A stretch of 64,000 nt of DNA, taken from positions 9,435,492 through 9,499,491 of the forward strand of contig NC_057749.1 of the NCBI RefSeq assembly GCF_004010195.1, given 5' to 3'. A model generated the notes under the pieces. That model was given only the letters and a program-made list of their open reading frames with translations, was not told the origin of the DNA and did no database searches. Each line of letters opens with the position of its first letter. Position 1 is the stretch's first letter. A program made the translations under genes and the position numbers. Positions 62,870 to 64,000 of the stretch are shown in pieces. This DNA comes from Chiloscyllium plagiosum (Eukaryota).

Positions 62870-63190
62870 TAAGTGGTTAGCACTGCTGCCTCACAGCGCC
62901 AGGGACCTGGTTTTGATTCCAGCCTTGGGCGATTGTCTGTTTGGAGTTTGTATATTCTTCCCATGTCTGCATAGGTTTCTTTTGGGTGCTCTTGTTTATT
63001 CCCACAGTCCAAGGATGTGCAGGTTAGGTGGATTGGTCATACTAAATTGTCCATAGTGTCCAGGGATGTGCAGGCTAGGTTGTTTAACTGTGGTAAATGT
63101 GGGGTAATGGTGATAGGGTGGGATGCTCTATGGAGGGTTGATGCAGACTTAATGGGTCAAGTGGCCTCTCTCTGAACTGTACAGATTCTT
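62870..63190 (+). mobile_element. HE1-like SINE (older)
   Basis: agtggttagcactgctgcctcacagcgccagg head, V-domain, tail. Confidence 0.8.
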
Positions 63191-63496
63191 AGAAATTCTA
63201 CATTTTCAAGTTGTAAACACGGCTTTCAGTCAGGTGACAAACAACCTAAACCAATCTATTTATGGCATGCCAGATTAAATCAACGATGTTGACCCGGTTA
63301 GTGTAAGGCAGTCAGTAAAATTCCATGTTCTGTCATAATGTTTGAGAATGCTGATCTTAGAATATTAATGAGACAATGGACCTAGGTCATAAAAGAACAA
63401 GTCAGACCAGATCCTTTTGCCTTTCCAGTGAGCATGTGAGAAAACATGTGTACAAGGATTGAGTAAGAAAGTATAATGGTACAAACATTAAATGAG

Positions 63497-63590
63497 CTTA
63501 AAAATGTGTTGCTGGAAAAGCGCAGCAGGTCAGGCAGCATCAAAGGAGCAGGAGAATCAACATTTCGGGCATAAGCCCTTCTTCAGGAAT
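63497..63590 (-). mobile_element. PLE-terminus mini-insertion (family A) with 11-bp TSD and hammerhead motif
   Basis: cattaaatgag at 63486-63496 and 63591-63601; minus strand attc CTGAAGA a gggc-ttat-gccc GAAA TG TT gattct. Confidence 0.85.
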
Positions 63591-63659
63591 CATTAAATGA
63601 GAACAGGTTTGATTTGGATTCCTTCCTTGGTCACATAGTGTAGCCACCTAGCGAAGAAT

Positions 63660-64000
63660 ACAAGAATAGAAACAGAATACTCAGCTCTTTTGTGTCTACC
63701 CCACCATTTAATTAAATCATTGCCAGTCTGGGAATTTTTGGAGGAGATAGTTTCAGCCTTCCACCATTGTTCGTGTGAGGAAACTTTTTCCTGAGTACCT
63801 GTGCTCCATTTTTAATGTTATTCCATTGTTCGGGACTCCGCTACCAGGGAAAATGTGTTTCTCCGCTATCGCTCTTTTAATTACCTTGGAACACCTCAAT
63901 TACATTGTCCCTTGTTTTCTAATACTCAACAGAACGCGGACCTAATCTTTGCAAACTTCTGTGATAACTCTGTTGAATCGGTACTGCATCCTTTCCACCA
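63660..64000 (-). mobile_element. Old CR1 3' fragment
   Basis: Degenerate reverse-complement CR1 UTR and C-terminus. Confidence 0.5.

Noticed and set aside
1..64000. CRISPR arrays, operons or other prokaryotic systems
   Set aside because: The sequence is vertebrate repeat-rich DNA with no regularly spaced direct repeats and no long intact ORFs.

Overview
Eukaryotic, repeat-dense, mostly intronic or intergenic DNA from a cartilaginous fish. The HE1-type V-SINEs and their CR1/HER1 partner LINEs point to a shark or ray; a carpet/bamboo shark is a guess only. There is no complete protein-coding gene, rRNA, true tRNA gene or CRISPR array, and almost every ORF in the track is a LINE remnant or a SINE artefact. 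Repeats include CR1 LINEs, a second APE-RT LINE family with its own partner SINE, Tx1/L1, L2, Deu-domain SINEs, two solo-LTR-like elements and Penelope-like elements (PLEs) with GIY-YIG remnants. The most striking signal is a dense set of short (about 90-330 bp) PLE-terminus insertions. They are often palindromic, are flanked by 8-16 bp target-site duplications (TSDs), and carry minimal type I hammerhead ribozyme (HHR) motifs in at least three families with compensatory helix changes. The non-repetitive CpG-retaining islands (about 12.8-13.3 kb, 15.8-16.9 kb and 39.2-39.8 kb) hold clustered AHR-type GCGTG motifs and a duplicated 24-bp motif. Three small candidate exons splice into one open frame, and an alternative-first-exon candidate lies downstream. 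Together these suggest the 5' part of an unidentified + strand gene. Repeat boundaries were read by eye and are approximate.
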